From contig MHTJ01000003.1 in NCBI GenBank assembly GCA_001823065.1, positions 106,869-170,868 on the forward strand: a stretch of DNA of 64,000 bases. Direction: 5' to 3'. Positions 46,099-55,840 of the stretch are shown here, piece after piece. The translations under genes and the position numbers were made by a program. The notes under the pieces were generated by a model. The model was not told the origin of the DNA. It made no database searches and saw only the letters and a program-made list of their open reading frames with translations. The stretch comes from Candidatus Vogelbacteria bacterium RIFOXYD1_FULL_44_32. Its GTDB lineage: Bacteria; Patescibacteriota; Minisyncoccia; Phycocordibacterales; XYD1-FULL-46-19. The stretch's first letter is position 1; every line of letters starts with the position of its first letter.

Positions 46099-46186
46099 AA
46101 TAAATGGTTTTCCTGTTAAAATTCCCATCGGCCGGGCCTATGGAATTCAAGTTTGATTTATTATTGATTCTGTATAAAGATATGAC

Positions 46187-46343
46187 CATGTTAGAAGACA
46201 AAGATCCAGACGAAATTAAAGAAATTATTGAAATAGCCCAAAATCACGGCTTAGATATGGATGAGGCCGAGCAGATTAAAGAGATTATGGATGAACAGGG
46301 CCTCGATGAAGATGATGCTGTTACCCTGAAGGATTATTTTTGA
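46187..46343 (+). CDS. small acidic hypothetical protein
   Basis: Internally repeated HGLDMDEA / QGLDEDDA. Confidence 0.55.
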
Positions 46344-46365
46344 TTAGAGAAAAAGTGATAAAATT

Positions 46366-47100
46366 ATGAAAATAAATATAAAGGAGACTCTAAAATTTTT
46401 TGATCAAAGACAAAATAGTCGTGGTCATGCGTCTGCTATAGCCGGAGTCGTCGGTGAAGATCTCAATGCTTTTGTGTTCAAACATTATATGGAATTTGAA
46501 TTAAAAGCTAAGACAGTAAAAATTTTTGCTGGTCCAGTCAAACAAGGTACTAAGAAAGGTAAGTGGCTTGATAGATGGATATATGTTGAGGAAAGAGACG
46601 GCACTAAAATATTATATCAATGTGAAATAAAGAGTTGGTCGGCGGCTGCTTTTGGGGGACAAGATTTACTAGAGAAAGAAGGACTAGAAAGCGATGATAC
46701 TAAAAAAGTTGCTCTAAACCATTGGGAAAAACAGAAAAAGTTATTTTCAAAAGATAAAGAACCCAATCTTGTGACAAAAACGCTTGTACGAATGGATCCT
46801 AATCGCAATAAAGAGGTGAAGGAATTTCTAAAAGAGAGAAGGATAAATAAGAAAGATTATAAACAGAAACCACTTTTACTATATTGGATGCCTATTTCTA
46901 ATGAAGAAGACCGCACCCCTTTTTTCTCAGAGAAAGTGTTGAAGTTAAAAATAAATTTTAAATCAAATTTTAAGGAGAAATTGTATATATTTTCTGTTTC
47001 TTTATATCTCCGTAAATTAGGTAAAAAGAAATTTCTACCCTTAAATATGCCTAATGTTAAAAAACGCATAGACATACTAAATAAGATTGTAGTTTCATAA
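46366..47100 (+). CDS. hypothetical protein, possible PD-(D/E)xK nuclease
   Basis: GEDL...LDRW...QCEIK pattern; AT-rich. Confidence 0.6.
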   Translation: MKINIKETLKFFDQRQNSRGHASAIAGVVGEDLNAFVFKHYMEFELKAKTVKIFAGPVKQGTKKGKWLDRWIYVEERDGTKILYQCEIKSWSAAAFGGQDLLEKEGLESDDTKKVALNHWEKQKKLFSKDKEPNLVTKTLVRMDPNRNKEVKEFLKERRINKKDYKQKPLLLYWMPISNEEDRTPFFSEKVLKLKINFKSNFKEKLYIFSVSLYLRKLGKKKFLPLNMPNVKKRIDILNKIVVS

Positions 47101-47108
47101 TCTACTTC

Positions 47109-48221
47109 ATGCCCACCCTAATTCACCTTCGCAATCAGATTTTACATTTTGGGTATGTGCTTTTAATTAAACCCATTTTGTTTAGGTTTAACCCAGAGTT
47201 TGTGCATGACCGGACAGTAGGGCTGGGACACTGGTTGGGCAAATTTGGCGTGACGCGTTTTTTAGGGCGGCTGTTGTTTTCCTACGCTGACCCCACCCTC
47301 AGGCAACAAATTGGTAATTTGTATTTTAAAAACCCAGTGGGCTTGGCGGCTGGCTTTGATAAAAATAGCCAGATGCTAAATTGGTTGCCAGCGCTTGGTT
47401 TTGGTTTTATTGAAGTGGGTTCGCTGACCGCTAAACCTGGGTCGGGGAACCCGGGCCAGCATTTGTGGCGATTGCCTAAGTCCAAGGGACTGGCCGTAAA
47501 TTTTGGTCTGAAAAATGATGGCGTGGAGGCCATCAAACCGCGCATCAAAAAAAATATTATCCCCGTCGGGACCAATTTGGCTTTTACCAATGATGCCTCT
47601 ACTTCGACCGTGCCTTTGGCCATTGCTGATTTTGCTTATTCTTTCTCAGCTCTAGCTGACACGGGGGACTATTTTACGCTAAATATTAGTTGCCCCAACC
47701 AAACCAATGACCGCCTGTTTTGGGACCCAGTTGCCCTCGACCAGCTCCTAGCGCGGTTGTTTGCTATTACCACCACTAAACCAGTGTTTATCAAAATCAG
47801 CCCCGACATGACGCCGGATATTATTGACGAAGTGGTGGCGGTGGCGACCCGCTACCCCATTGCTGGTTTTATAATTTCTAATTTAACCAAAGACCGAAAT
47901 AACCCGCGCGTGCTAGACCAAAGTGTGCCTCCTGTCGGGGGGATGAGTGGTAAAGTGGTGGCGGAACTGGCTGATCGAGCTATCGCGCAAGTGTATAAAA
48001 AAACCGGTGGCCAATATACCATCATCGGTTGTGGGGGGATTTTTTCCGCTACCGATGCCTATCATAAAATTGGTTTGGGGGCGTCGCTCTTGCAACTTGT
48101 TACTGGGCTAGTATTTGAGGGCCCCCAGCTTGTTAGTGAGATTAATTTGGGTTTGGCTAAACTTTTACGGCAAAATGGTTATAAAAATATTCAAGAAGCT
48201 GTGGGTTGGAAGGGGAGGTAA
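47109..48221 (+). CDS. pyrD: dihydroorotate dehydrogenase (quinone, class 2)
   Basis: NPVGLAAGFDKN, NISCPN, KISPD, GGMSG, IGCGGI. Confidence 0.92.
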   Translation: MPTLIHLRNQILHFGYVLLIKPILFRFNPEFVHDRTVGLGHWLGKFGVTRFLGRLLFSYADPTLRQQIGNLYFKNPVGLAAGFDKNSQMLNWLPALGFGFIEVGSLTAKPGSGNPGQHLWRLPKSKGLAVNFGLKNDGVEAIKPRIKKNIIPVGTNLAFTNDASTSTVPLAIADFAYSFSALADTGDYFTLNISCPNQTNDRLFWDPVALDQLLARLFAITTTKPVFIKISPDMTPDIIDEVVAVATRYPIAGFIISNLTKDRNNPRVLDQSVPPVGGMSGKVVAELADRAIAQVYKKTGGQYTIIGCGGIFSATDAYHKIGLGASLLQLVTGLVFEGPQLVSEINLGLAKLLRQNGYKNIQEAVGWKGR

Positions 48222-48243
48222 TTGGGGTATAATGACTAAAATT

Positions 48244-50076
48244 ATGAAAAAATTATTTTTGTTGGCTTTTACTACAATTATTGGCGTTGGGGGTATTTTA
48301 GGAGTTGCTTATGCCCAAGACCAAACCAATTCCGCTGAATCGATAATCTCTTTTGTTTCTAATATTATTGTAAATCAAGATAATTCGGTTGATGTCACAG
48401 AAGTGATTACCTATAACACCGGGCCGGTCGAGCGTCATGGTATTTATAGAGATATTTACCTCTACTCCTCCCAAGACAGAAAAATGTCTTTTGAAAATAT
48501 AAGTGTGACCGATGAAACTGGTGTTCCATATATTTTCCAAACCTCGGCCTATGGCAAAAATACTAGAATAAAAATTGGCAGTCCAGCGGAAACATTTACT
48601 GGTCAGAAAAATTATATTATTAAATACCGTGCAACTAGGGCGGTTGGCCAGTTGGCTGATTTTGATGAAATATATTGGAATGTGACCGGCAACGAGTGGA
48701 ATATACCTATTTATAAAACGGAAGCTTCGGTTGTTTTGCCGGCTAGGGCCCCGCTGACCCAATCGGCTTGTTATTATGGCAATAAAGGCAGTACTAATAA
48801 ATGTGAGCTGGTCAATAGGGATAACAATATTTATACCTTTAATAGCCCGTCTCTACTTAGGGCAAATGAAGGCCTGACTGTTGCTGTGGGGTTTGCCAAG
48901 GGGGTAACCACTCCTTATTCTGCGGAAGACGAGGCCGCTAATTTTTTTAGTAAATACTGGAGTTGGATGGTGGCGGGAATTTTACCAATTTTGTCTCTGC
49001 TTTTTTCACTTTTGTATTGGTATAAGAAAGGTCGGGATGCCCGAGGAGCAGGTGTGATTGTGCCTCAATATGATGTGCCTGATAATTTATCTCCAATGGA
49101 AGTGGCGGCCATTGCCAATGAAAATTTATCTGACGATAATGTTTCGGCGGAAATTATTTATTTGGCTACTAAAGGTTATTTGAAGATTAACCAATTGGAG
49201 GAGCGATTTATTAAATTTATAAAATCGGTTGATTATGAATTAGTAAAATTAAAAGATTCAGCTGATTTGCCAAATGAGTTTGACCGGAAATTGCTCGATG
49301 GTCTATTTACCGCCAAACCTAAATTTAAATCACTTGATTTGTTGAAGGGCGGCTTTTCTAGACAAAAACTTATGGCTATGGCCTTAGAGCCAGAGGTTTC
49401 GGTTCAGACAATTAAATTATCGGAACTTGCCAACAGTTTTTTTGGTAAAGCTCATTTGGTAGTGGTCGCGGTTTTAGATAGTCTATTAAATAAGGGCTAT
49501 TACAAAAATTTAGGTCGCATGAAAAACGGTCTCGGCAGTAGAATCTTCATACTGGCGTTTATGTCTGTTTGGGCGTCTGGATTTTTTGGGGCAATTTTGG
49601 GCATGCTAATTTTTAGAGCAGACAATCCCTTTCCTTTTATGGTTGGGATATTTTTCTCAATTATTATTTATGGGATAATTTCTCATTTCAGCCCAGCTAA
49701 AACAGAAAAGGGAACTCTAGCTAAAGAGTATATTCTGGGACTAAAAGATTATTTGCAAATTGCGGAAAAAGATCGCTTGCAATTTCACAATGCGCCGGAA
49801 AAAAGCCCCGAGGTTTTTGAAAAGCTTTTACCTTATGCGCTGGCTTTAGGGGTGGTAGACATTTGGGCCAAAGAATTTGAGGGGATATATAAGGCACCGC
49901 CGGAGTGGTATTCGGGACCAACTGGTAACAATTTTAGTGCGATTGCTTTTGGTCACTCAATGTCTAGTTTTAGTTCGGCAACTTCTTCCTTATCCTCGTC
50001 TTCAGGAGGGGGCGGTAGTGGTGGTGGAGGGTCTTCTGGTGGCGGTGGGGGCGGGGGAGGAGGTGGTGGTTGGTAA
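48244..50076 (+). CDS. DUF2207-type membrane protein
   Basis: HGIYRDI, YWNVTGNEW, LLPYA.ALGV..W, Gly-rich C-terminus ending GGGW. Confidence 0.88.
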   Translation: MKKLFLLAFTTIIGVGGILGVAYAQDQTNSAESIISFVSNIIVNQDNSVDVTEVITYNTGPVERHGIYRDIYLYSSQDRKMSFENISVTDETGVPYIFQTSAYGKNTRIKIGSPAETFTGQKNYIIKYRATRAVGQLADFDEIYWNVTGNEWNIPIYKTEASVVLPARAPLTQSACYYGNKGSTNKCELVNRDNNIYTFNSPSLLRANEGLTVAVGFAKGVTTPYSAEDEAANFFSKYWSWMVAGILPILSLLFSLLYWYKKGRDARGAGVIVPQYDVPDNLSPMEVAAIANENLSDDNVSAEIIYLATKGYLKINQLEERFIKFIKSVDYELVKLKDSADLPNEFDRKLLDGLFTAKPKFKSLDLLKGGFSRQKLMAMALEPEVSVQTIKLSELANSFFGKAHLVVVAVLDSLLNKGYYKNLGRMKNGLGSRIFILAFMSVWASGFFGAILGMLIFRADNPFPFMVGIFFSIIIYGIISHFSPAKTEKGTLAKEYILGLKDYLQIAEKDRLQFHNAPEKSPEVFEKLLPYALALGVVDIWAKEFEGIYKAPPEWYSGPTGNNFSAIAFGHSMSSFSSATSSLSSSSGGGGSGGGGSSGGGGGGGGGGGW

Positions 50077-50091
50077 AACTTTACAGCCAAT

Positions 50092-50448
50092 ATGAACCCT
50101 CTTACCCCTGCCGAAAAACAAGTGATAATAGACAAAGGCACCGAGCCGGCTTTTACGGGTGAATATGTAAACACTAAAGCGACGGGGGTGTATGTGTGTC
50201 GGCAGTGTGAGACGCCACTCTATAACTCGCAAGATAAATTTGAGTCAGACTGCGGCTGGCCCAGTTTTGATGATGAAATACCGGGGGCGGTGCTAAAAAG
50301 TGTTGACCAAGACGGCCGGCGGACAGAAATAACTTGTGCCAACTGTGGTGGCCACCTGGGCCACCTGTTTACCGGCGAAAATATGACGCCGAAAAATGTT
50401 CGACATTGCGTGAATTCGATTTCGCTTCGGTTTGTGGCCGGAAACTGA
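50092..50448 (+). CDS. msrB: peptide-methionine (R)-S-oxide reductase
   Basis: GTE.AF.G, CGWPSF, RTEI.C..C.GHLGH.F, RHCVNS. Confidence 0.95.
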   Translation: MNPLTPAEKQVIIDKGTEPAFTGEYVNTKATGVYVCRQCETPLYNSQDKFESDCGWPSFDDEIPGAVLKSVDQDGRRTEITCANCGGHLGHLFTGENMTPKNVRHCVNSISLRFVAGN

Positions 50449-50454
50449 AAATTT

Positions 50455-50530
50455 TGGTGGGCGGTACAAGATTCGAACTTGTGACATCAACAACGTCAAT
50501 GTTGCGCTCTACCAACTGAGCTAACCGCCC
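50455..50530 (-). tRNA. tRNA-Val(GAC), CCA encoded
   Basis: gggcggt/accgccc; caaca-ttGACgt-tgttg; ACCA end. Confidence 0.93.
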
Positions 50531-50648
50531 TAAAACATCCCTGATTTCATCGGGATGTTCGGGCGTCCACTTATGGCGGATTAGTCCCAAAATCCCTAAG
50601 CTCCGCCACGGCCGAGCCGGGCGAACAATTCAAAAAATTGTTTTAGCC
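50528..50648 (-). repeat. GGCTAAAACA...TGTTCGCCC...TTTTAGGG palindromic element
   Basis: Immediately 5' of tRNA-Val; same ends as 34324 and 44992 copies. Confidence 0.65.
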
Positions 50649-50774
50649 TAAAACTAACCCTTAAAATCTAGCAAATTTTTAATTGTTAGTCGAGAAAATA
50701 TCTTATTGATTTAAGCTAATAAAAGTGGTAGTAATTTTTTAGGAAACAGGTCTGCAACAGCAAAGGAGAACTAA

Positions 50775-51623
50775 ATGTTAATTTCAGCCTATGTGCCAAA
50801 CGGCACAAAACGAGGAGAGGTGGTTGTCAATTGGTCTCTGACACAAGAAGAGATTACCACCTTGCAATCGCAAGAAAAGGCAGGTGGAATGTGGGTGTTG
50901 TTTATTCTCGCCACTAGGTGGTTCAACCGAAGTGCCACGAGGCAGAGGTGGTTTGAAATTGAAAGGCGGGTAGAAAGGATAAGCTCAAGTGGTCCCCGAC
51001 CGATTTTGTTCCAAACCACCCTACTGGGAGAGTATGCGGTGATTGGTTTGGTGATTTATGCCACAGACCAAACCATGGGTTCGCCCAAAAAGTGGCTGAT
51101 GGCCAAGCCGTCGTATACTGATGGAGAATACCGCGACCTTTTGGTTGAGGATGATTGGTCGGGCAAGCCCGATGACAATCCTCTCCGGTCAGGATATCGA
51201 GAGGGGATTTTTGACTCATTTGGTGGATTTTGCAGTGAAAAGTGGTGGCGGTATCCGGCAAAGCCGGCGGTGAAGTTGGTTGAAGTGACCGCCAACGATT
51301 TCGTCACTCCGACATGGGATTGGAAATTATTACACTTGGTTCAGGACTCGCGCACAGTCCGGACCCCTGCTGATTTGTGGAGGAGGAGGCTCTTCTGTTG
51401 GCTGGGGCTACCGATTGCTGGGCTTTTGGCCCTGGTTTGCTTGTTTGCCTTTTTGTTTCTTGTTTGTTATATCCTCATTTACTACTGGGTAGTAGTGGTT
51501 GGGGCTATCCTGGGGGGCATACTTGTGTTGTTTTTCGAATGGGTTTGGGGGTATGCACGGACTAAGGCGGCGGAAATACAAAACAGGAGAACAAAAAAAC
51601 ACCTTTTGCGCTACAAAAAATAG
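50775..51623 (+). CDS. hypothetical membrane protein
   Basis: 282-aa ORF, C-terminal TM pair, SD aaggag. Confidence 0.7.
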   Translation: MLISAYVPNGTKRGEVVVNWSLTQEEITTLQSQEKAGGMWVLFILATRWFNRSATRQRWFEIERRVERISSSGPRPILFQTTLLGEYAVIGLVIYATDQTMGSPKKWLMAKPSYTDGEYRDLLVEDDWSGKPDDNPLRSGYREGIFDSFGGFCSEKWWRYPAKPAVKLVEVTANDFVTPTWDWKLLHLVQDSRTVRTPADLWRRRLFCWLGLPIAGLLALVCLFAFLFLVCYILIYYWVVVVGAILGGILVLFFEWVWGYARTKAAEIQNRRTKKHLLRYKK

Positions 51624-51642
51624 TGCAAACTATGACGCGTTT

Positions 51643-51672
51643 CCCTCGGTACCACCAGTACCGAGGGTTTTA
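51643..51672. terminator. terminator-like hairpin between convergent genes
   Basis: ccctcggtac-cacca-gtaccgaggg-tttt. Confidence 0.6.
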
Positions 51673-52608
51673 TTTTAAATGCAACCAGCGGTAAATATCT
51701 TCAACGGCTTTCACAGCATCACCGGCGGCAATATTGTTTTGATGGTACAGGGCATCAGTACAATCACCGGCGGCCCAGATACCGTCGGTAGTTGTTTTTT
51801 GATTGAGGGCGTCGATTTTGATGGCACCAAAATCGTTGGTGGCTAAAATATTTTTAGCCCAAGCGGTATTAGGTAGAAAACCAATCTCCACAAAAATACC
51901 AGTCACTGGTAGTTCTTTAATTTCGCCACTAATTTTATCTTTGTAAACTAAACCAGTGACAAATTTATCACCTTTCACCTCGACAATTTCAGTATTTAAA
52001 ATGCCAGTCATTTTGGGATTGGCCAAAACTTTGTCCACGGTAATTTTGTCCGCTTTAAAGTCGGCATTTTTATGGAGCAGGGTAACTGATTTACAGTAGG
52101 CCAAGAGTTGAGCGGCGGACTCAAAACCAGCATTACCACCACCAATCACCACCACATCTTGGTCGGCAAACATCGGGCCATCGCAGGTGGCGCAGTAGGT
52201 GAGACCTTTTTGGTCAAATTCAGTGGCTCCTGGCACGGCTAGTTTGCGCCTGACCGAGCCAGCGGTGATTAGCACCGTTTTACCCTCGGCGCTTTGGCCG
52301 TCGGCGGTGGTGACGACAAATAGGTCGCCAGATTTAGCTAGACCAACCACTCGGCCGGCCTGACCGGTCTGGATGACGCAATTGGCCCCCTCGTAGGCCC
52401 GCAAATGACTCTCGAGGGCCTTGGCTAGGTCGGAACCAGAAATAGACTGGGTGCCGATCCAGTTGTGAATATCGGGCGAAACAGCTGATTGGCCCCCAAA
52501 GTCGGGGGTCAGGACCAAGGTTTTTAGTTTTTTGCGAGCCGAGTAAACACCAGCGGCGGTGCCAGCTGGACCACCACCGATAATAATAAGGTCGTAGAGC
52601 ATAGACAT
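51670..52608 (-). CDS. trxB: thioredoxin-disulfide reductase
   Basis: GGGPAG, CATCDG, GGGNAG, AAGD. Confidence 0.88.
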   Translation of the reverse strand: MSMLYDLIIIGGGPAGTAAGVYSARKKLKTLVLTPDFGGQSAVSPDIHNWIGTQSISGSDLAKALESHLRAYEGANCVIQTGQAGRVVGLAKSGDLFVVTTADGQSAEGKTVLITAGSVRRKLAVPGATEFDQKGLTYCATCDGPMFADQDVVVIGGGNAGFESAAQLLAYCKSVTLLHKNADFKADKITVDKVLANPKMTGILNTEIVEVKGDKFVTGLVYKDKISGEIKELPVTGIFVEIGFLPNTAWAKNILATNDFGAIKIDALNQKTTTDGIWAAGDCTDALYHQNNIAAGDAVKAVEDIYRWLHLK

Positions 52609-52658
52609 AAGTTAAAATTAAAAATGTCTGTATATTGTAGCAGAGGGATGAAAAAACG

Positions 52659-52697
52659 AAAACTCCCCCGCCGGGCTAGCTCGGCGGGGGAGTTTTC
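52659..52697 (-). terminator. terminator hairpin after ftsZ
   Basis: aaactcccccgccg ... cggcgggggagttt. Confidence 0.65.
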
Positions 52698-52709
52698 GTT
52701 TTTTAAAAT

Positions 52710-53882
52710 TTACTTTTTTCCCCGTCTTAGGAAAGCGGGAATTGAGGACCAGTCGTCATCTTCTTCCTCAGTCTCGGGTTTTTCGGGGTCAATCACTTGG
52801 GTGCGGGGCGGGGCGGGGCGGGTTGGTCCTGGATTGGGGGTTGAAGCTGGTGTACCTCTGTTATCTTTAGTCTCACCTTCTTTACTGGTGGTATCAAAAC
52901 CAAAGAGACCACTTTTTTTCTTTTGTGATTCTGGAAAACCGCAAGCAATCACAGTCACCTTGATTTCGCTTTTCTTGAGTTTGTCATCGTGGATGGCGCC
53001 AAAAATAACCTTGGCGTCTTGGTCAATCGATTCGGTAATCACTTTGGCCGCTTCTTGAATCTCAAACATTGTCATATCGGAACCGCCAGCAATAGTAAAG
53101 AGCACACCCTTGGCCCCATCGACAGATAGGTCGAGTAGAGGCGAGTTGATGGCATTGCGGGCGGCCTCGACGGCGCGATTTTCACCTGAGGCGTGACCAA
53201 TACCCATCAGGGCGGAGCCAGCATTTTGCATAATCGCTCGGATGTCGGCAAAATCAACATTGATAATACCGGGGATAGTAATAATATTAGAAATACCCTC
53301 GACCGCTTGACGGAGAATCTCATCACACATGGCAAAAGCCGATTCCGCGGTCGTATCTTTAGAAATTATACCCAAGAGGCGATCGTTGGGGATAACTATG
53401 ACTGCATCAACTTCTTTTTGCAGTTCGGCGAGACCCCGATCAGCCAGCATCATCCGGTGCTTACCTTCAAAAATAAATGGTTTGGTGACAACAGCGACAG
53501 TGAGCGCCCCTTGTTCTTTGGCGGTGCGCGCAATAACGGGGGCGGCCCCAGTGCCAGTCCCTCCCCCTAAGCCACAAGAAACAAAAACCATATCGGCGCC
53601 TTTTATCACATTTTGAATATCCTCTAGACTTTCTTCGGCGGCCTTACGCCCGATTTCTGGGTCCATCCCAGTACCCAGACCGCGGGTTAGATTTTTACCC
53701 ACGTGAACCTTTTTTTGGGCGGTCGAAGCATGGAGGTGTTGGGCATCGGTATTCATAGCAACAAACTCCACACCTCGGACTTTGGCATTGACCATATGAT
53801 TGACCGCATTGGTACCGGAACCACCAACACCAATCACTTTAATGCGAGCAAAGGCTTCAATTTCTGGTTGGATTTTAGGCAT
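52710..53882 (-). CDS. ftsZ: cell division protein FtsZ
   Basis: GGGTGTG, NVDFAD, IPAFLR. Confidence 0.97.
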   Translation of the reverse strand: MPKIQPEIEAFARIKVIGVGGSGTNAVNHMVNAKVRGVEFVAMNTDAQHLHASTAQKKVHVGKNLTRGLGTGMDPEIGRKAAEESLEDIQNVIKGADMVFVSCGLGGGTGTGAAPVIARTAKEQGALTVAVVTKPFIFEGKHRMMLADRGLAELQKEVDAVIVIPNDRLLGIISKDTTAESAFAMCDEILRQAVEGISNIITIPGIINVDFADIRAIMQNAGSALMGIGHASGENRAVEAARNAINSPLLDLSVDGAKGVLFTIAGGSDMTMFEIQEAAKVITESIDQDAKVIFGAIHDDKLKKSEIKVTVIACGFPESQKKKSGLFGFDTTSKEGETKDNRGTPASTPNPGPTRPAPPRTQVIDPEKPETEEEDDDWSSIPAFLRRGKK

Positions 53883-54030
53883 AAAGTAAGTCGATTATTC
53901 GGAAAATTATGAGTCTATGGTAACAAAAGGAGGGTAAAAAGCAAATCTCCAAATGCGATACCGATATTACCAATGAATCCAACAAACTATACCTGTCTAC
54001 AGATAGGCAGGCGAATAAAAAAGGAGCAAG

Positions 54031-55194
54031 TTAGGGTAATAGTTCCTTGATCCAGCGGATGATATTGTATTTGGTTTCGCGGGCAATCTTTAGCCCCATC
54101 GATTCCTCGACTTCGCTATCGGCGCCAAAAATACATAAACCATAGGCCACCGACCAGGCGGTATCTCGGATTTGATTGCGGGAAGAAGTGGAGACGGCGG
54201 GCAGGGCGACTTTGGCTGGCAATTTGAAATAATCTTTTGCTAAACTTTCAATCTCGGAAATACCCGAACCCCCGCCAGTAATAATAATGCCGGCGGGCAA
54301 CAAACCATTACGGCCCAGCCGTTTTAAATGATTTTCGATAAATTCAAAAATATCGGAGAGGCGGGCCTCGATAATTTCATTAAGTTTTTTTAGGGGGGTA
54401 TTGGCATCCACCTCGCCGGTTTTTATCTTCTCGGCTTCTTCTAGGGGGATTTGGAAACCTAGTGCGATGTCATTGGTAATATCGGTGGAACCAATGGGGA
54501 AGACACGAATAGAAATAGGCAGACCTTCTTCAAAAATAATAATCGAAGTGGTTTGGGAACCAATATTAGCGAGGACACAGCCAGCGGTTTTTTGTAGCTT
54601 GGTGGTGAGACACAAACTAGCGGCCAGGGGGGAAGCCGCCACGTCTTCCACTTTTACCCCGGCACTTTCTGTGGCCGAGAGTAAATCTTTTAAGTGATTG
54701 GAGGCATAGGTGACAAATAAAACTTGAGCATCAAGACGAGCCCCTTTTAGTCCCTCAGGTCGCCCGGTCACTTTTTTACCGTCTAATTTAAAAGCAATCG
54801 GGACGCGATGAATAATCGACTTATTGGCGGTATCAGGAAGGCCACCTTCCGTGGCTTCAATCGCCCGATTGATATCATTGGCATTTATTTCTGAATCGGC
54901 CCGTGATACAACCACACCCCCTTCAATAATGCGGGACTCAAGGGTGGCCCCACTAACGCCCAAAATAACTGATTTTATTTTAAAGCCAGCGATGCGCTCG
55001 GCCTCTTGGACCGCTTCTTTAATACTGGCCGTCGCTTCATCAAATTGTAAAATATAACCCCGTCGTAGTCCGCGTGAATTTTTTTTAACCAAAGCAATAA
55101 CTTGGGGAACTTGGCTACCATTTTTATACTCGCAGACGACAACGCGAATGCTAGCAGTACCAATATCAAGGCCGGTGACGATGTTTCTGGTCAT
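54031..55194 (-). CDS. ftsA: cell division protein FtsA
   Basis: GLDIGT, IT.DIA, ITGGG; upstream of ftsZ. Confidence 0.93.
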   Translation of the reverse strand: MTRNIVTGLDIGTASIRVVVCEYKNGSQVPQVIALVKKNSRGLRRGYILQFDEATASIKEAVQEAERIAGFKIKSVILGVSGATLESRIIEGGVVVSRADSEINANDINRAIEATEGGLPDTANKSIIHRVPIAFKLDGKKVTGRPEGLKGARLDAQVLFVTYASNHLKDLLSATESAGVKVEDVAASPLAASLCLTTKLQKTAGCVLANIGSQTTSIIIFEEGLPISIRVFPIGSTDITNDIALGFQIPLEEAEKIKTGEVDANTPLKKLNEIIEARLSDIFEFIENHLKRLGRNGLLPAGIIITGGGSGISEIESLAKDYFKLPAKVALPAVSTSSRNQIRDTAWSVAYGLCIFGADSEVEESMGLKIARETKYNIIRWIKELLP

Positions 55195-55567
55195 TAAAAA
55201 TGAAATGACGCATATACGCGCGTTCTTTCTCTTCCATTCTACTACTATGAGCGTATCCTTTCAAATGTAAGAGGCCGTGGATAAAGATAAAAGCGCAATG
55301 GGCCCGGGGAGAATGACCAAAATTTTTACATTCGCGTCGCACTTGAATTAAATTTATAAAAATTTCACCAGTTGATTTGGCAATCGGAAAAGATAAAACA
55401 TTGGGGATATAAGTTTTACCGCGGTGAGTGTGGTTTAGCTTGCGGGCGCGCTGGTCACCAATAAAAACTAAAGATAAGTCATATTTGGGACCTAAAATTT
55501 CATCGGCTAAAGCCAAAAAAGGCAGACGCGGTGACGACTGCCTAGTGAGATTAACGCTGGAAAGCAT
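55166..55567 (-). CDS. ybeY: rRNA maturation RNase YbeY
   Basis: NVLSFP, GEIFI, HGLLHLKGYAH. Confidence 0.92.
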   Translation of the reverse strand: MLSSVNLTRQSSPRLPFLALADEILGPKYDLSLVFIGDQRARKLNHTHRGKTYIPNVLSFPIAKSTGEIFINLIQVRRECKNFGHSPRAHCAFIFIHGLLHLKGYAHSSRMEEKERAYMRHFIFNDQKHRHRP

Positions 55568-55787
55568 CTTTGATTTTACCTTCCTTGCGGAGGGTTTGGA
55601 GGGTATGGAATTTGGCAATCCGCTTAAGCTTGTCTTGCTTTTTTTTAAGCGCCGATTTAGTGCGAGTGGAGTAGCGAATAGTGCGTGCTAGTTGCAAGTG
55701 GCCAACGCCTTTGACACGTTTAGAAAACCTCCGGAGGAGGCTGGCATTGGATTCACTGCCGGTCTTGTCGACAACAACGACTATCAT
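55551..55787 (-). CDS. rpsU: 30S ribosomal protein S21 (divergent)
   Basis: ES..SLLRRFSKRV..., basic, between hisS and ybeY. Confidence 0.65.
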   Translation of the reverse strand: MIVVVVDKTGSESNASLLRRFSKRVKGVGHLQLARTIRYSTRTKSALKKKQDKLKRIAKFHTLQTLRKEGKIKDAFQR

Positions 55788-55840
55788 AATAGGAAAGAGC
55801 TTAACATATTGGCCCAAAACATACAAGAGTACTGTGTGAT

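Larger units (their letters stand above)
34449..50454. other. accessory island between convergent tRNA-Glu and tRNA-Val
   Basis: Defence and stress genes of mixed base composition, almost all on + strand, with internal repeats; no integrase seen. Confidence 0.55.

Noticed and set aside
49975-50073. G-rich repeat
   Set aside because: Normal Gly/Ser tail of DUF2207-type proteins.
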